Below are positions 29,779 through 39,434 of a stretch of 64,000 bases of DNA, piece after piece (position 1 is the first letter of the stretch; each line of letters opens with the position of its first letter). Location: the IMG/VR virus record IMGVR_UViG_3300035684_000001, positions 124,554 through 188,553 of that record; one strand, 5' to 3'. Origin of the DNA: a virus. Made by a program: the position numbers and the translations under genes. The notes under the pieces are model-generated. The model saw only the letters and a list, made by a program, of their open reading frames with translations, had not been told where the DNA came from and did no database searches.

Positions 29779-30306
29779 AAATATCAATCACAATAGCGAA
29801 GAGGATTTTAACGGGACAAGATTATGAATAAAAATCACGACAAATTACTGGAAAGTCTAGATGTCGTAGGGTGTCGGGTTGTTTTGAACGGAATGGTAGC
29901 TCAAATACCTACTGACAACCTTTTTGAAGCGGACATCACTAGCCATAATCCCGATGTGATTAGCGAAAAGATTGAGGAAATCTGCACAAAATCAGCGTTT
30001 CGACCAAAATCGCCAATCAAACCGACACATATTTTTTGTAGCGGAGCTGGTGTTCGATTAATGATTGCAGAAATCAAACAGTTGCAGTTGTTTCACAAGG
30101 TAAAGAGATAACTCCCGGCGTTAAAGTACCATTTATTTCTACTCCATTCGGGGATGTAGAAATCGTTTCTACCGTCTATTTACAAGATAGAACAGAGCCA
30201 GGTGCAGATATCATTTCGTACTATATCGTTGACATGAAAAATTTCGTCGATCAAGGAACGTTTAGGCTCGACGTAAAAGCTCCTCGCGGTTCTAAGTTTG
30301 AGGGTT
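29731..30306 (+). repeat. 46-bp perfect direct repeat (29731-29776 and 30261-30306)
   Basis: TTTAGGCTCGACGTAAAAGCTCCTCGCGGTTCTAAGTTTGAGGGTT occurs twice, 530 bp apart. Confidence 0.95.
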
Positions 30307-30317
30307 CAAAATGCTAA
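29824..30317 (+). pseudogene. Diverged partial duplicate of the capsid C-terminal half, frameshifted at about 30105
   Basis: NGMVAQIP.DNLF.ADITS.NPD...PTHIFCSGAG; after a 1-nt deletion it continues EITPGVKVP...FRLDVKAPRGSKFEG. Confidence 0.85.
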
Positions 30318-30790
30318 GTATTTCTCTTATCGTTACTAATAAATGGCGATCGCGCCCACCAATATTGATTGTTCCGGGTCACGGTATTGTTCGCCGACCC
30401 GGAATAGGAGGGCGTTTGGTTGTGAGCTATCAGGTGGTGGCAAATTGGTTAGTCAGTAACGGGTTTTGCAAGTTGGTGGAACCAGGAGAACCTCCAGAAC
30501 CGCAACCTACAGAAGTACCAGTAATAGATCGCCAGCTATATATCACTCAAGACTCAAACTTGGAGTTCATTCCACCGCTAACAATCGATGTTCCGATCGA
30601 GAACGTGCGCTTGATCAACTTTTTTATGACAGCCGAACCCACTGAGATTAACAGTGCAATTTCGGCTATTAGCCTCAAAAAAGCTCAAGAGCTCAAGCAA
30701 GTCGAAATTTTGCAGTGGTCGGATGTGGTGAGAGTTCTGAGTGATCGCGCGATCGAGGCAGCAATCAAGTGGGTTCAGACTGTGCCATAG
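30311..30790 (+). CDS. Hypothetical protein downstream of the capsid
   Basis: 159-aa ORF in a typical post-capsid position. Confidence 0.6.
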   Translation: MLSISLIVTNKWRSRPPILIVPGHGIVRRPGIGGRLVVSYQVVANWLVSNGFCKLVEPGEPPEPQPTEVPVIDRQLYITQDSNLEFIPPLTIDVPIENVRLINFFMTAEPTEINSAISAISLKKAQELKQVEILQWSDVVRVLSDRAIEAAIKWVQTVP

Positions 30791-30875
30791 AAAAGCCCGC
30801 AACACTCCAAAGTTGCGGGCGATCGATAGTATACGCTCAAGAAATAACACTTCTGAAATCTCAAAGAGCAAACGA

Positions 30876-31043
30876 ATGAATATCTTTCTTAAACCGGAAC
30901 ACGAGAAGTTTATTAAAGAACTGCGCCAAAAAATAGAAGTCGGAGCTGCACAAATTGTTAAGGGGCAAACAACAGACGGAGAGCTTGTGTTTGCTAGACT
31001 TCAAGAAAAATTGACGAAATACAATTCTCAGGATCGCGAGTAA
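30876..31043 (+). CDS. Internally deleted ParD-like (CC2985-type) antitoxin
   Basis: MNIFLKPEHEKFIK joined directly to ELRQKIEVGAAQIVKGQTTDGELVFARLQEK; the RHH middle segment appears absent. Confidence 0.6.
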   Translation: MNIFLKPEHEKFIKELRQKIEVGAAQIVKGQTTDGELVFARLQEKLTKYNSQDRE

Positions 31044-31356
31044 CCCAGCTTTTAAACACATTCAATCCAATCAGCAATTAAGTCGAATCAGCTTGTGCCA
31101 TAGAAAAACCTGCAGCTTTTGATTGTTGCCGACGGGCGATCACCCTAAGAACAGACAACAAAAAGCCCCCGGATGGGTTGGGAGCCTCAAGTCTGTTGAT
31201 ATACTCCAGCGCTTTGTCAAGGCGCTAGTTTACTCGCTCAGTCTAACACGAATCGATCCAGCAATTTCGGCGTGATCGCGCCGAAAAAATCAATATTCAA
31301 CCTCAACCAGGGAGCCTATTGCTTCCCGGTTTTTTGTAAAATCACACCCAAAAATC

Positions 31357-32190
31357 ATGACCATCCAAGCACTGAAAGCTACCGTCTTAAAAGCTAAATT
31401 GAAAGATGCAGCAAGCCTGCAACCTTCAGAAAAAGCCTCGATCGCCCTCAGTCAAAGTTTATTCAATTACTCCGACCTAACCCCAGTTCGAGATCAGCAC
31501 TATCAAATAATGCTTGCCGACGGCATTGAGGCGATCGACGGCACCTTGATTAAAAAGGGCTACATTTACGCCCCGCACTGGCAGCTACCAAAATCTACGA
31601 CTCGACTGGATGTCAGGTATTTTAGCCAGGTTGACAATTACAGCGGTTATTTCGGCCCCGGAACGCGCCAGTGCAACCTGACAGCCTGTGCGATGTTTGC
31701 CGAACACCTGCTGGAAAAATTCGGTAAAAAAACCCTTTCCCAAAGAGCTGAGGATGACGGTTTGCAGGAGCCGGAAGACTACTACGGCAAAATTTTAAAC
31801 AAGTACGGCGACACGATCGACCACGGTGCTCAAACAAAAGCCCTGAGAGATCTAGGGATTGACAGTTATTTTAGTTACACCCTTGACGTTCCAGAAGCGA
31901 TCCATTCTCTTGAAAACGGCTATCCCGTGGTGCTAGGAGTCACTTACAAAGTTAGTGGCCACATGATTTTGTTGGTTGGGTACGATCGCGCCAAACGAGA
32001 ATTTTACGTTCACGACCCCTACGGTTCTCGGGCCGGTATTGCCGACTACTACGCGGTGGTCGGTGGCGATAGCGGAAAATATGATGTCTACACCCAAGAA
32101 TCTTTAGAGGCTATTTGGGGCGACAGCGGGTGGGGGCGGATTCCGGTTGCCGTTGGAGGGCGATCGACTGGACTGCCGACGAATTGGTGA
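31357..32190 (+). CDS. Peptidase C39-like protein (candidate cell-wall hydrolase)
   Basis: YFSQVDN...RQCNLTACAM (Cys), GHMILLVGYD (His), FYVHDPYG (Asp). Confidence 0.85.
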   Translation: MTIQALKATVLKAKLKDAASLQPSEKASIALSQSLFNYSDLTPVRDQHYQIMLADGIEAIDGTLIKKGYIYAPHWQLPKSTTRLDVRYFSQVDNYSGYFGPGTRQCNLTACAMFAEHLLEKFGKKTLSQRAEDDGLQEPEDYYGKILNKYGDTIDHGAQTKALRDLGIDSYFSYTLDVPEAIHSLENGYPVVLGVTYKVSGHMILLVGYDRAKREFYVHDPYGSRAGIADYYAVVGGDSGKYDVYTQESLEAIWGDSGWGRIPVAVGGRSTGLPTNW

Positions 32191-32359
32191 GCGGGTATGT
32201 TATGAGCAGGTGGATTACCCAAACCACTCATAGTTCGTTGCCTCGGGTTCGACTCCCAGTGCGCCTTTTAATTGAGCAAAGTTTAGACAACAAAAAAGCC
32301 ACCCAAACTAATTGGGTGGCTTTTTACTTATAAAACAAGGACGGAAAGCGGAAATATCA

Positions 32360-32617
32360 TTAACTCAAGTTGTGAGGAACCTGACTTGCCTCCATTTTTC
32401 CTGCGTAATTGCCTGCGCGGTCGTAGAGGCTTCCATCTTTGTGCATTATTACTTCCTTGCCGTAATCTCGGAGATTCCGAACAAAACATTCTTCTTCTGC
32501 CTTATCGTAATAATTTGTCCCCTTTCCTTGCACTTTCCCTATCTTTTTTCTTTTGTTTGTTGCGGTATTTAGGATATACCAAAAATTCGATGAGGTGCAT
32601 GAAGTTACGATCCACAT
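32360..32617 (-). CDS. Hypothetical cassette gene
   Basis: Upstream TTGATT-N17-TACAAT. Confidence 0.45.
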   Translation of the reverse strand: MWIVTSCTSSNFWYILNTATNKRKKIGKVQGKGTNYYDKAEEECFVRNLRDYGKEVIMHKDGSLYDRAGNYAGKMEASQVPHNLS

Positions 32618-32791
32618 AATTTTTGATTTTGTCTTTGACTTGTGTTTATACTTTATTGTAACAAATTTTAGTGTTCAAATCAAGTAAAATACTTTGCGGA
32701 TTAATCAAATAATTTTCTAATTGATGAGCGATCGAATTTTAGGTAGCAAAAAGCCTCGCGATCGATTTGATCGCGAGGCTTTTTGCTGATC

Positions 32792-33046
32792 TTAATGGAA
32801 ATAGACAAAAGCTAAGGTTTTTGTCAAATCAGTTAATTCCGCTTTCTCTAGACAGCAGATTTCATTTACTGCATCTGTAAAATCCTTAGATGGATTCTCA
32901 ACAGAACGACTGACCAGACCTCTAACTGTTTCGGGACCGTGTGATGAGCAATAAACTGCTCCTATTATAAGCAGTTTTTCTTGTCGAGAAAGTTTGTTTA
33001 ACTCTCGCAAAATTCGTGTTATGTCATACGATCGTACTTTTGTCAT
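32792..33046 (-). CDS. Hypothetical cassette gene
   Basis: TGTTATACT promoter; hairpin at 32745-32787 downstream. Confidence 0.6.
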   Translation of the reverse strand: MTKVRSYDITRILRELNKLSRQEKLLIIGAVYCSSHGPETVRGLVSRSVENPSKDFTDAVNEICCLEKAELTDLTKTLAFVYFH

Positions 33047-33203
33047 TGTTTTTTATTTTGTGATTTATTATAGTATAACATATATTGTGTGTTTGCATTT
33101 ATTTGTAGTTTAGTATATTTAGTATAATATTTTGTTACAATTTATGCAGTAAAAAACCTCGCTATTTAATCGATAGCGAGGTTTTTAATTAAACAACAGA
33201 CTT

Positions 33204-33536
33204 TTACTGCTGATTGAACAAGAAGTAGTTACTTAGTTCGGTTGTTGATGTTTTGTGAATTTTTTTTGCCAATTCTTTGGCGGTCAAGGGAACTTCGGGA
33301 AGTTCGTCAATCAGGAATGCAAGATCGTCGGCAGTGCAGTACAACTGTTTCTCGAATACTGTAAGGCGATCGTGCTTAACCGCAATTTGTACAGCTTTTT
33401 CCCAAGAACATCCTAAAATACTTGAAATGCCGTAAAAGTCGCAAAGGATCAATCCATCGCATTTGTAAATGTGATGAATTTTTGTACCTAATATGCTAAA
33501 CACTTCTGTGGGCTGAATTGTCAGTATGTTTGTCAT
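33204..33536 (-). CDS. Hypothetical cassette gene
   Basis: TGTTATAAT promoter; hairpin at 33152-33186 downstream. Confidence 0.6.
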   Translation of the reverse strand: MTNILTIQPTEVFSILGTKIHHIYKCDGLILCDFYGISSILGCSWEKAVQIAVKHDRLTVFEKQLYCTADDLAFLIDELPEVPLTAKELAKKIHKTSTTELSNYFLFNQQ

Positions 33537-33709
33537 GTTTTTGATTTTCTATTGTTATTTTATTATAACAAATAAATCAAGTTAATACATTTATATTTGG
33601 GTTTAAAAAAAATATGTGTCGTGTTTTGAGATAAAATTAGTAGATACGGCATTTAGACAGCAAAAAGCCTTGGAATCAATTGATTCCAAGGCTTTTTGGC
33701 TAGATCGAT

Positions 33710-34432
33710 TTAGATAGTGATACCACATTTTGGAAGTTTCTTGCACAACCAGTTGATATCACGATCGCTAATTTGATTGCCTCCGAGGTAGAGTCTTGTC
33801 AGATTAGTCAGCGATGCTAGTGGTTTGATATCGCTAATCTGATTGTTTTCGAGGGATAGCCCGACCAGATTAGTCAAAGTTGTTAGTGGCGTAAGATCGG
33901 TAACTTGACTGTCGCTGAGAGCAAGCCATTCCAAATTAGTCAAAGCTTGTAACGGTTCGAGGTTGGTAAATTGATAACCGTAGAGGTGATCGTAGATTAC
34001 GAGATTAGTCAACTTAGTCAAAGCTCGTAACGCTTCAAGACTGCCGATCTGGTTTGTTAAGTGTCTTGGCGGTTCAACGTCGCTAATCCGATTATTTCCT
34101 ATGAAAAGCTCAGTTAGATTAATCAAAGAAGCTAGCGAATCAAAATTGCTGATTTGATTGCTTACCAGCATGAGCCAAGTTAGATTAGTCAAAGTTGTTA
34201 GTGGTGTAATATCGCTAACCGGATTGTCTCTGAGACAGAGCCGACTCAGGTTACTTAAAGAGGATAACGGCTTAATGTCGCTAATTTGATTGTTTTCAAG
34301 GTAAAGTGCCGTTAGGTTGACTAAAGATTCTAGCGGTTTAATCTCGCTGATTTGATAGTCAGCGAGATCAAGCTCTGTTAAATTGTTTAGGTCAAATTGA
34401 GCTAGAATTTTTTCAGTGTGTTGGATTGTCAT
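33710..34432 (-). CDS. Leucine-rich repeat (internalin-like) protein 1
   Basis: 22-aa repeats L.L..NQISDI.PL..L.NL..; C-cap LCKKLPKCGI. Confidence 0.95.
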   Translation of the reverse strand: MTIQHTEKILAQFDLNNLTELDLADYQISEIKPLESLVNLTALYLENNQISDIKPLSSLSNLSRLCLRDNPVSDITPLTTLTNLTWLMLVSNQISNFDSLASLINLTELFIGNNRISDVEPPRHLTNQIGSLEALRALTKLTNLVIYDHLYGYQFTNLEPLQALTNLEWLALSDSQVTDLTPLTTLTNLVGLSLENNQISDIKPLASLTNLTRLYLGGNQISDRDINWLCKKLPKCGITI

Positions 34433-34498
34433 TGTTTTAAGTTTGCGATCATGTTACTTTTTTATTGTAACAATTAATTAATAAAAATACAACAAACC

Positions 34499-35032
34499 AT
34501 GAAATTTAAAGCAACCAAAAACGAGTTCCCTGCGCTCCGATCGCGCCTAACACAACTACAAAAACAAGTAGTACCAACTGGTCAAAAGTGGGCAGAAGAG
34601 GCAGCGAAAGAATTTGAGGAAAAATACCGATCACACTTAGCGACACAGGGTAGGGGCGGCGCGCCTCCTCCGCTATCGGAGGCAACCGAGTATATGTACA
34701 GTCAGTACGGGGAAACGGACGGCTCTGGCATATTGAATCACATCGAATTTGGAAGCAAGACTAATGCCAAGGGTGCGATCTCCTGGGTGGGAATTCCGTC
34801 TGGGAAACCGACCGTGGTGGCGATCGTCCAAGACAGGGGGGCAACAATTACCGTTACCCCCAAAATGCGGGGTTTCCTTGCTTCACGGGGGATTTTCTTG
34901 CGGGCCGATACGATGGCGATCGTTGTGCCGGGGCGCGGGTCTTGGAGCGAATCGATTCATCGGGCGATCGGCGAAGCAAAAACTCGACTAAAGCGGGATT
35001 TTGGTATCATCCTTGGCGCAGGCAAAAAATAA
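34499..35032 (+). CDS. Phage neck / virion morphogenesis protein (HK97 gp10 / Mu gpG-like)
   Basis: PPLSEAT..., AIVQDRGATI.VT.KMR.FL...I.VPGR pattern. Confidence 0.6.
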   Translation: MKFKATKNEFPALRSRLTQLQKQVVPTGQKWAEEAAKEFEEKYRSHLATQGRGGAPPPLSEATEYMYSQYGETDGSGILNHIEFGSKTNAKGAISWVGIPSGKPTVVAIVQDRGATITVTPKMRGFLASRGIFLRADTMAIVVPGRGSWSESIHRAIGEAKTRLKRDFGIILGAGKK

Positions 35033-35065
35033 GACCGTAAGATTTTTGGTCTTACGGTCTTATTT

Positions 35066-35359
35066 TTAAATAGCTATACAGTAAACTAGCAGAGCTAATT
35101 CTAGCACTGCATTTACTGAATGTTTTGAGTACCCGCTTTTGCAGGAAATCAAAAATGCTAAGGCATATTGAATTATTGTTAAGCCTATTATTTCAGTTAC
35201 AAAATGAATTGGGATATGTATGATATATCCGTGTCCGTAGGACATCTCAATTGTTTTGACGATCGCCTCACCAAACTCCAACAAAGTAGTCGCTAGTGGA
35301 AAGATCTCCAGCAAAAATTGGATCGGATTACTTCGATCAACGTGATTATTTAAGTTCAT
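35066..35359 (-). CDS. Small membrane protein (cassette)
   Basis: Hydrophobic segments; TGATATAAT promoter. Confidence 0.5.
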   Translation of the reverse strand: MNLNNHVDRSNPIQFLLEIFPLATTLLEFGEAIVKTIEMSYGHGYIIHIPIHFVTEIIGLTIIQYALAFLISCKSGYSKHSVNAVLELALLVYCIAI

Positions 35360-35480
35360 GATGCTTTGTTCTGTGTTTATAATAATATTATATCATAAAA
35401 ATATATTAATTTAAACGTTAAATAGAATTTTCAGTATTATTTTGCTATAATGTCAATTTTATAGTTTTAAAGTTTGAATA

Positions 35481-36521
35481 ATGGAAATAATTCGCACTTT
35501 TGATACTTCGATCACCCCTATTGGGATTAAAAACATAGCAAAATTTGAGAAGTTTTGGACAACCAAAGATCGAAAAAATTCAGCAGAAATCTTGCTTCCC
35601 CTCCTTCACCCAAGGCTTGCAGATAGCTGGATGGGATTTGAGTTGAACGGATTTGGCGTGATGAGTGCAGCGATCGCCTCGACGGGCGACAATTGGTTTT
35701 ACTTCGACAACGGGTGCTGGCAAGAGTCTGAATTTCCTGTTTTTGCTACCGCTGCGGAGATTCGCGAAGGAATGTCGAAATGGGCTGGAGCAATTCAATT
35801 TTTAGTCCGCGTCGAGCCTAACTCTTTGTTCCGCGAACTGAAGATAGGTTACTCGGTTCGCCAAGATATGGTGGAATACATTCTAGAAACTGCACTGCCT
35901 CAAAAACTGACAGCGCCGATCACCTTTGCCCAGAACGTCGCAATCAACAGCGACGGATATTCAACCCCATTCCCGCAGGGCTTTGACGGAAGCGCTCTGA
36001 CAGACGTAAAATTCCAGCTATTTAACGAGTTCCCCGTCTCGGCAACGCCCGTGCCAGAGTTGGGAAATATACAGCTTTCTGAAAAATTAACAGGTGGGGT
36101 GATCGGGCAACTGCTATTCTCTGTCGCCCCCAGCGTCGAGTTCAGTCAGTACCTCTACCAAATATCGACTGTTCCCTGCGTCGTAATTCGCGAACTCGAA
36201 GAAGGTGTTCATCACCGACCGCAGTGGGAAGATACCATCCAAGTCTCAGAAACCGAAAGCATTAAAGTGCCGCTGGTTTACGGAAGCGATCGCGCGATCG
36301 AGATTTCTTGCATTGCATCGAAAGAAGGCGAAGCGAGACAGGTGGCGATCGGGCTGATGTCGTTAATTCAGCAAAATGGAAAAGTTTATTCCCCGCCACA
36401 CGATCTGGCGATCGGGTTGCAAGTAGTGGGAAATTTTAAAAAAGGAACGCAGAACTATATTAAAAGTGGAAGTTTGCCAACAATGAGTTTTAAAGTTTTA
36501 ATGCGTAATATTAGCAACTAA
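35481..36521 (+). CDS. Putative tail completion / terminator-like virion protein
   Basis: 346 aa with core-gene composition and a C-terminal PCVVIRE...ISCIAS segment. Family uncertain. Confidence 0.4.
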   Translation: MEIIRTFDTSITPIGIKNIAKFEKFWTTKDRKNSAEILLPLLHPRLADSWMGFELNGFGVMSAAIASTGDNWFYFDNGCWQESEFPVFATAAEIREGMSKWAGAIQFLVRVEPNSLFRELKIGYSVRQDMVEYILETALPQKLTAPITFAQNVAINSDGYSTPFPQGFDGSALTDVKFQLFNEFPVSATPVPELGNIQLSEKLTGGVIGQLLFSVAPSVEFSQYLYQISTVPCVVIRELEEGVHHRPQWEDTIQVSETESIKVPLVYGSDRAIEISCIASKEGEARQVAIGLMSLIQQNGKVYSPPHDLAIGLQVVGNFKKGTQNYIKSGSLPTMSFKVLMRNISN

Positions 36522-36565
36522 TTATGTTATACTAAAAAAGTAAATCACAAACCAAATAAACAAAA

Positions 36566-37153
36566 ATGAAAATTGCAAAACAAAGTATTGCACAATATTT
36601 AACTGTTGTCAGTGCAACTCAACTCAGCAACTACAGCTTATTGACTTCTTTTATAGACCTCAGTCATGTTGCACTCAAAGACCATCAGATTAACGATATT
36701 AGTTTTATATCTTTTTGTAGAAAACTAAGCTGGCTCGGACTCGGAGACAATCAAATTGAAGATATTAGTTCGCTGTCTTCGTTAATTTCTTTGACCGACT
36801 TATTTCTTGGACAAAATCAAATTAAAGACATTAGTCCGCTAGCTGGCTTGATTAATTTGACCGGTCTTGGTCTTGGCGACAATCCGATCAAAGAAATTGA
36901 TCCGTTAAGTTCTTTGATCAATTTGACTCATCTCGAATTTGGAAATAATCAAATTGAAAGTATCAGTTCGTTAGTTTCTTTGGTTAATTTAAAATGTCTC
37001 GCTCTTGGAAACAATTGCATCACAGATATTAGCCCGTTAGCATCTCTGGGTAATTTGACTTTACTCCACCTTGGAAGTAATCGCGTTAGCGACAAAAATA
37101 TGAGTTGGCTACGCAACAAATTACCAAATTGCCGTATCACAATGGACGAGTAA
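36566..37153 (+). CDS. Leucine-rich repeat protein 2
   Basis: L.LG.NQI.DIS.LS.LI.LT repeats; C-cap LRNKLPNCRI. Confidence 0.95.
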   Translation: MKIAKQSIAQYLTVVSATQLSNYSLLTSFIDLSHVALKDHQINDISFISFCRKLSWLGLGDNQIEDISSLSSLISLTDLFLGQNQIKDISPLAGLINLTGLGLGDNPIKEIDPLSSLINLTHLEFGNNQIESISSLVSLVNLKCLALGNNCITDISPLASLGNLTLLHLGSNRVSDKNMSWLRNKLPNCRITMDE

Positions 37154-37240
37154 TAAAAACCAACACGCAGTTAAATTAGAATTTAACTGCGTGTTGTTGT
37201 GTTTAATACTTGCGTCAATAAGTTGATTGCGTTACAATAG

Positions 37241-37693
37241 GTGTGGTTTACAATTGACAAACACAAAGCAATGAAATTACTAACAGTCGGAATTCTTTCT
37301 TCACTACAGATGGTTACAAATCACTGGGGCAATAGAGAAAGATTGTGTGATCTGCTTGAACAATTAGTGGGCGATCGTAATCCTAGTTGGGAAACAGAAA
37401 TTTCACCTCAAAAGTTTAAAACTGAATACCCCAAAACCTTTGATTTGATCGAAACAACAAAGGTGGATGTAATGAAAAGAACCTATGTTCGCAACTCTTT
37501 AGACACATGGACGATTGAAGAATCAGGCGTAAGCATCGAAGATGCGGTAAAGACAATAAATGCGTACCCCCGCAATTTCATCATGGTTTCTAAGGCAGCG
37601 TCTGAGTTGATGAAAGATAAGCTCACTTGTGATACTTATTTTGTCGATGGCTTTGTTCATTTGAGCGGGAAACAAATTAAAGCGTATGACTAG
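37241..37693 (+). CDS. Hypothetical cassette gene
   Basis: TTGCGT-N17-TACAAT upstream; hairpin at 37759-37797 downstream. Confidence 0.55.
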   Translation: MWFTIDKHKAMKLLTVGILSSLQMVTNHWGNRERLCDLLEQLVGDRNPSWETEISPQKFKTEYPKTFDLIETTKVDVMKRTYVRNSLDTWTIEESGVSIEDAVKTINAYPRNFIMVSKAASELMKDKLTCDTYFVDGFVHLSGKQIKAYD

Positions 37694-37891
37694 CCTACTA
37701 AACTATTTAGTTAAATGTCGTAGCGCGATTACCCGCAGCATTCTAGATTGATTTAGTTGAAAAAACCTTGGAGTTAATTCAATTCCAAGGCTTTTTCATG
37801 CGAATTTGTTAATAAGCTTTTAAGTATTAATATTTAAAATTGGGTAATTAATATGTTATAATTAAAATGTAAACACTCAATTCACAAAACA

Positions 37892-38368
37892 ATGACAATG
37901 CGATTTACCCAAAGCAAATTTTATGTCTTTGACGATCTAAACAATCTTACTGGATTGACCGTCGCGGACAGTCAAATCAATGACGTTAAATTTTTGACTC
38001 CTCTAACAAACCTGAGAATGCTCAGACTTAACAACAATGACATTAGCAACATTAAACCGTTAGAATCTTTAGTAAATCTAGAAAGACTTGATCTTAACAA
38101 CAATCAAATTAGCGACATTAAATCATTAGCTAATTTAACCAATTTGCATTGGCTTTATCTTGAGAACAATCCAGTAAAAGATATTGAGCCATTAGCTAAT
38201 TTAACTAAGCTAACAAGGCTCAATCTGAGCAAGACGCTAACAACAACTTCTCGTGTAATGTGGTTAAAAAAACGACTCCCACATTGCGAAATTCGTTACG
38301 CATTCGTAAAAAACAACATACATTACGTAAAAAGGAATAATGAATGGTATATTCATACAGAAGAATAA
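37892..38368 (+). CDS. Leucine-rich repeat protein 3
   Basis: L.LNNN.IS.IKPL..L.NL repeats; C-cap LKKRLPHCEI. Confidence 0.95.
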   Translation: MTMRFTQSKFYVFDDLNNLTGLTVADSQINDVKFLTPLTNLRMLRLNNNDISNIKPLESLVNLERLDLNNNQISDIKSLANLTNLHWLYLENNPVKDIEPLANLTKLTRLNLSKTLTTTSRVMWLKKRLPHCEIRYAFVKNNIHYVKRNNEWYIHTEE

Positions 38369-38554
38369 TGTGTTAGTATAAAGACTAATACAACTGAAAA
38401 AGCTTTGGAACCGAATTAGTTCCAAAGCTTTTTTGTACAAGTTTATCAAAAATATCAAAATTATTGCACGATTGATAAAATTAAGTTATAATTAGGTATA
38501 AGCAAGAGAACACTTCACAAACCTTTTGCAAGCAATTTACAACACAAAACAATC

Positions 38555-39337
38555 ATGAAAGTTCAAAACATTTTCATGTCAGCAGCGATGCTGGCAATCT
38601 TTGTATTGGCGACACTGAATTTAATCATCGGATTATTTCAGCGTGTCATCGAAATCATGCAAGCAGTCTTAGTTACAACCCTTGTTATAGCCAAAATTGC
38701 TTGCAAAGCAGTCAAAGTATTCCAGCAACTGCTGGAAGTTTTTGACTGGGTATTGTCGGAAATCGTCAACACTGTTGATTCGATTCATTCTTCCCTTGAG
38801 GACTGGATGGTATCGACTGTACCAATTCCGACAATCGCGCCCCCCAACAAATCAACCCTAATCCTCACCAGCGCAGCAAGTTTCCTCTCGGAAATAACTG
38901 CATTTGAGGAAAGAGCGATCGTCTCCCTTGAGTCGATAATATTCCAATGTAAACCACTGATGCTTGTCGGTGCAGCACCTATCCCCTTGGAAAGAACTGC
39001 ATTCGAGTATCATGCCATAAGCGCGATCGCCCGCTCCCTTGAGTTGGCAATTGTAGAACCAGATGAGGCGATCAAATCCCTTGAGGCGATCGTCGAAGTA
39101 ACTACCAAGCCCCTCGGCAAGGTGATTACTATCGGAAAAAAAACAGAGCTAATACCTTTGTCAGTCCCGGGAGTTTACGTGCAACGGACTCCCAATAAAA
39201 AACGCTCGAAAGGTGAACTTAGCAAACTCACTGTACCCAAGCTCCGCGAGCTAATTGCGGAAAGCAACTCCTCAGTTGCAAAACCAAAAAAATCAGCCAA
39301 AAAATCAGTCCTTGTGGACTGGTTGATGGTTAATTAA
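38555..39337 (+). CDS. Membrane-anchored hypothetical protein with a Rho-N-like C-terminal helix pair
   Basis: N-terminal TM segments; C-terminal LSKLTVPKLRELI...KKSVLVDWL; TTGCAC-N17-TATAAT promoter. Confidence 0.55.
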   Translation: MKVQNIFMSAAMLAIFVLATLNLIIGLFQRVIEIMQAVLVTTLVIAKIACKAVKVFQQLLEVFDWVLSEIVNTVDSIHSSLEDWMVSTVPIPTIAPPNKSTLILTSAASFLSEITAFEERAIVSLESIIFQCKPLMLVGAAPIPLERTAFEYHAISAIARSLELAIVEPDEAIKSLEAIVEVTTKPLGKVITIGKKTELIPLSVPGVYVQRTPNKKRSKGELSKLTVPKLRELIAESNSSVAKPKKSAKKSVLVDWLMVN

Positions 39338-39434
39338 CGACGGGCGATCAAATCCCTAGACCAGATCGCTCATAACTCCCTTGAGTTGAAATAAAAACCG
39401 ATTTAATCCCTTGATTAAGTCGGTTTTTTAGTAT

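Noticed and set aside
29731-30317. Diversity-generating retroelement (TR/VR pair) at the capsid duplicate
   Set aside because: Differences are not confined to adenines, they include indels, and there is no reverse transcriptase in the window.
31140-31230. Possible antisense sRNA (minus-strand terminator GGCTCCC...GGGGGCTTTTT)
   Set aside because: No properly spaced promoter was found; a plain terminator explains it.
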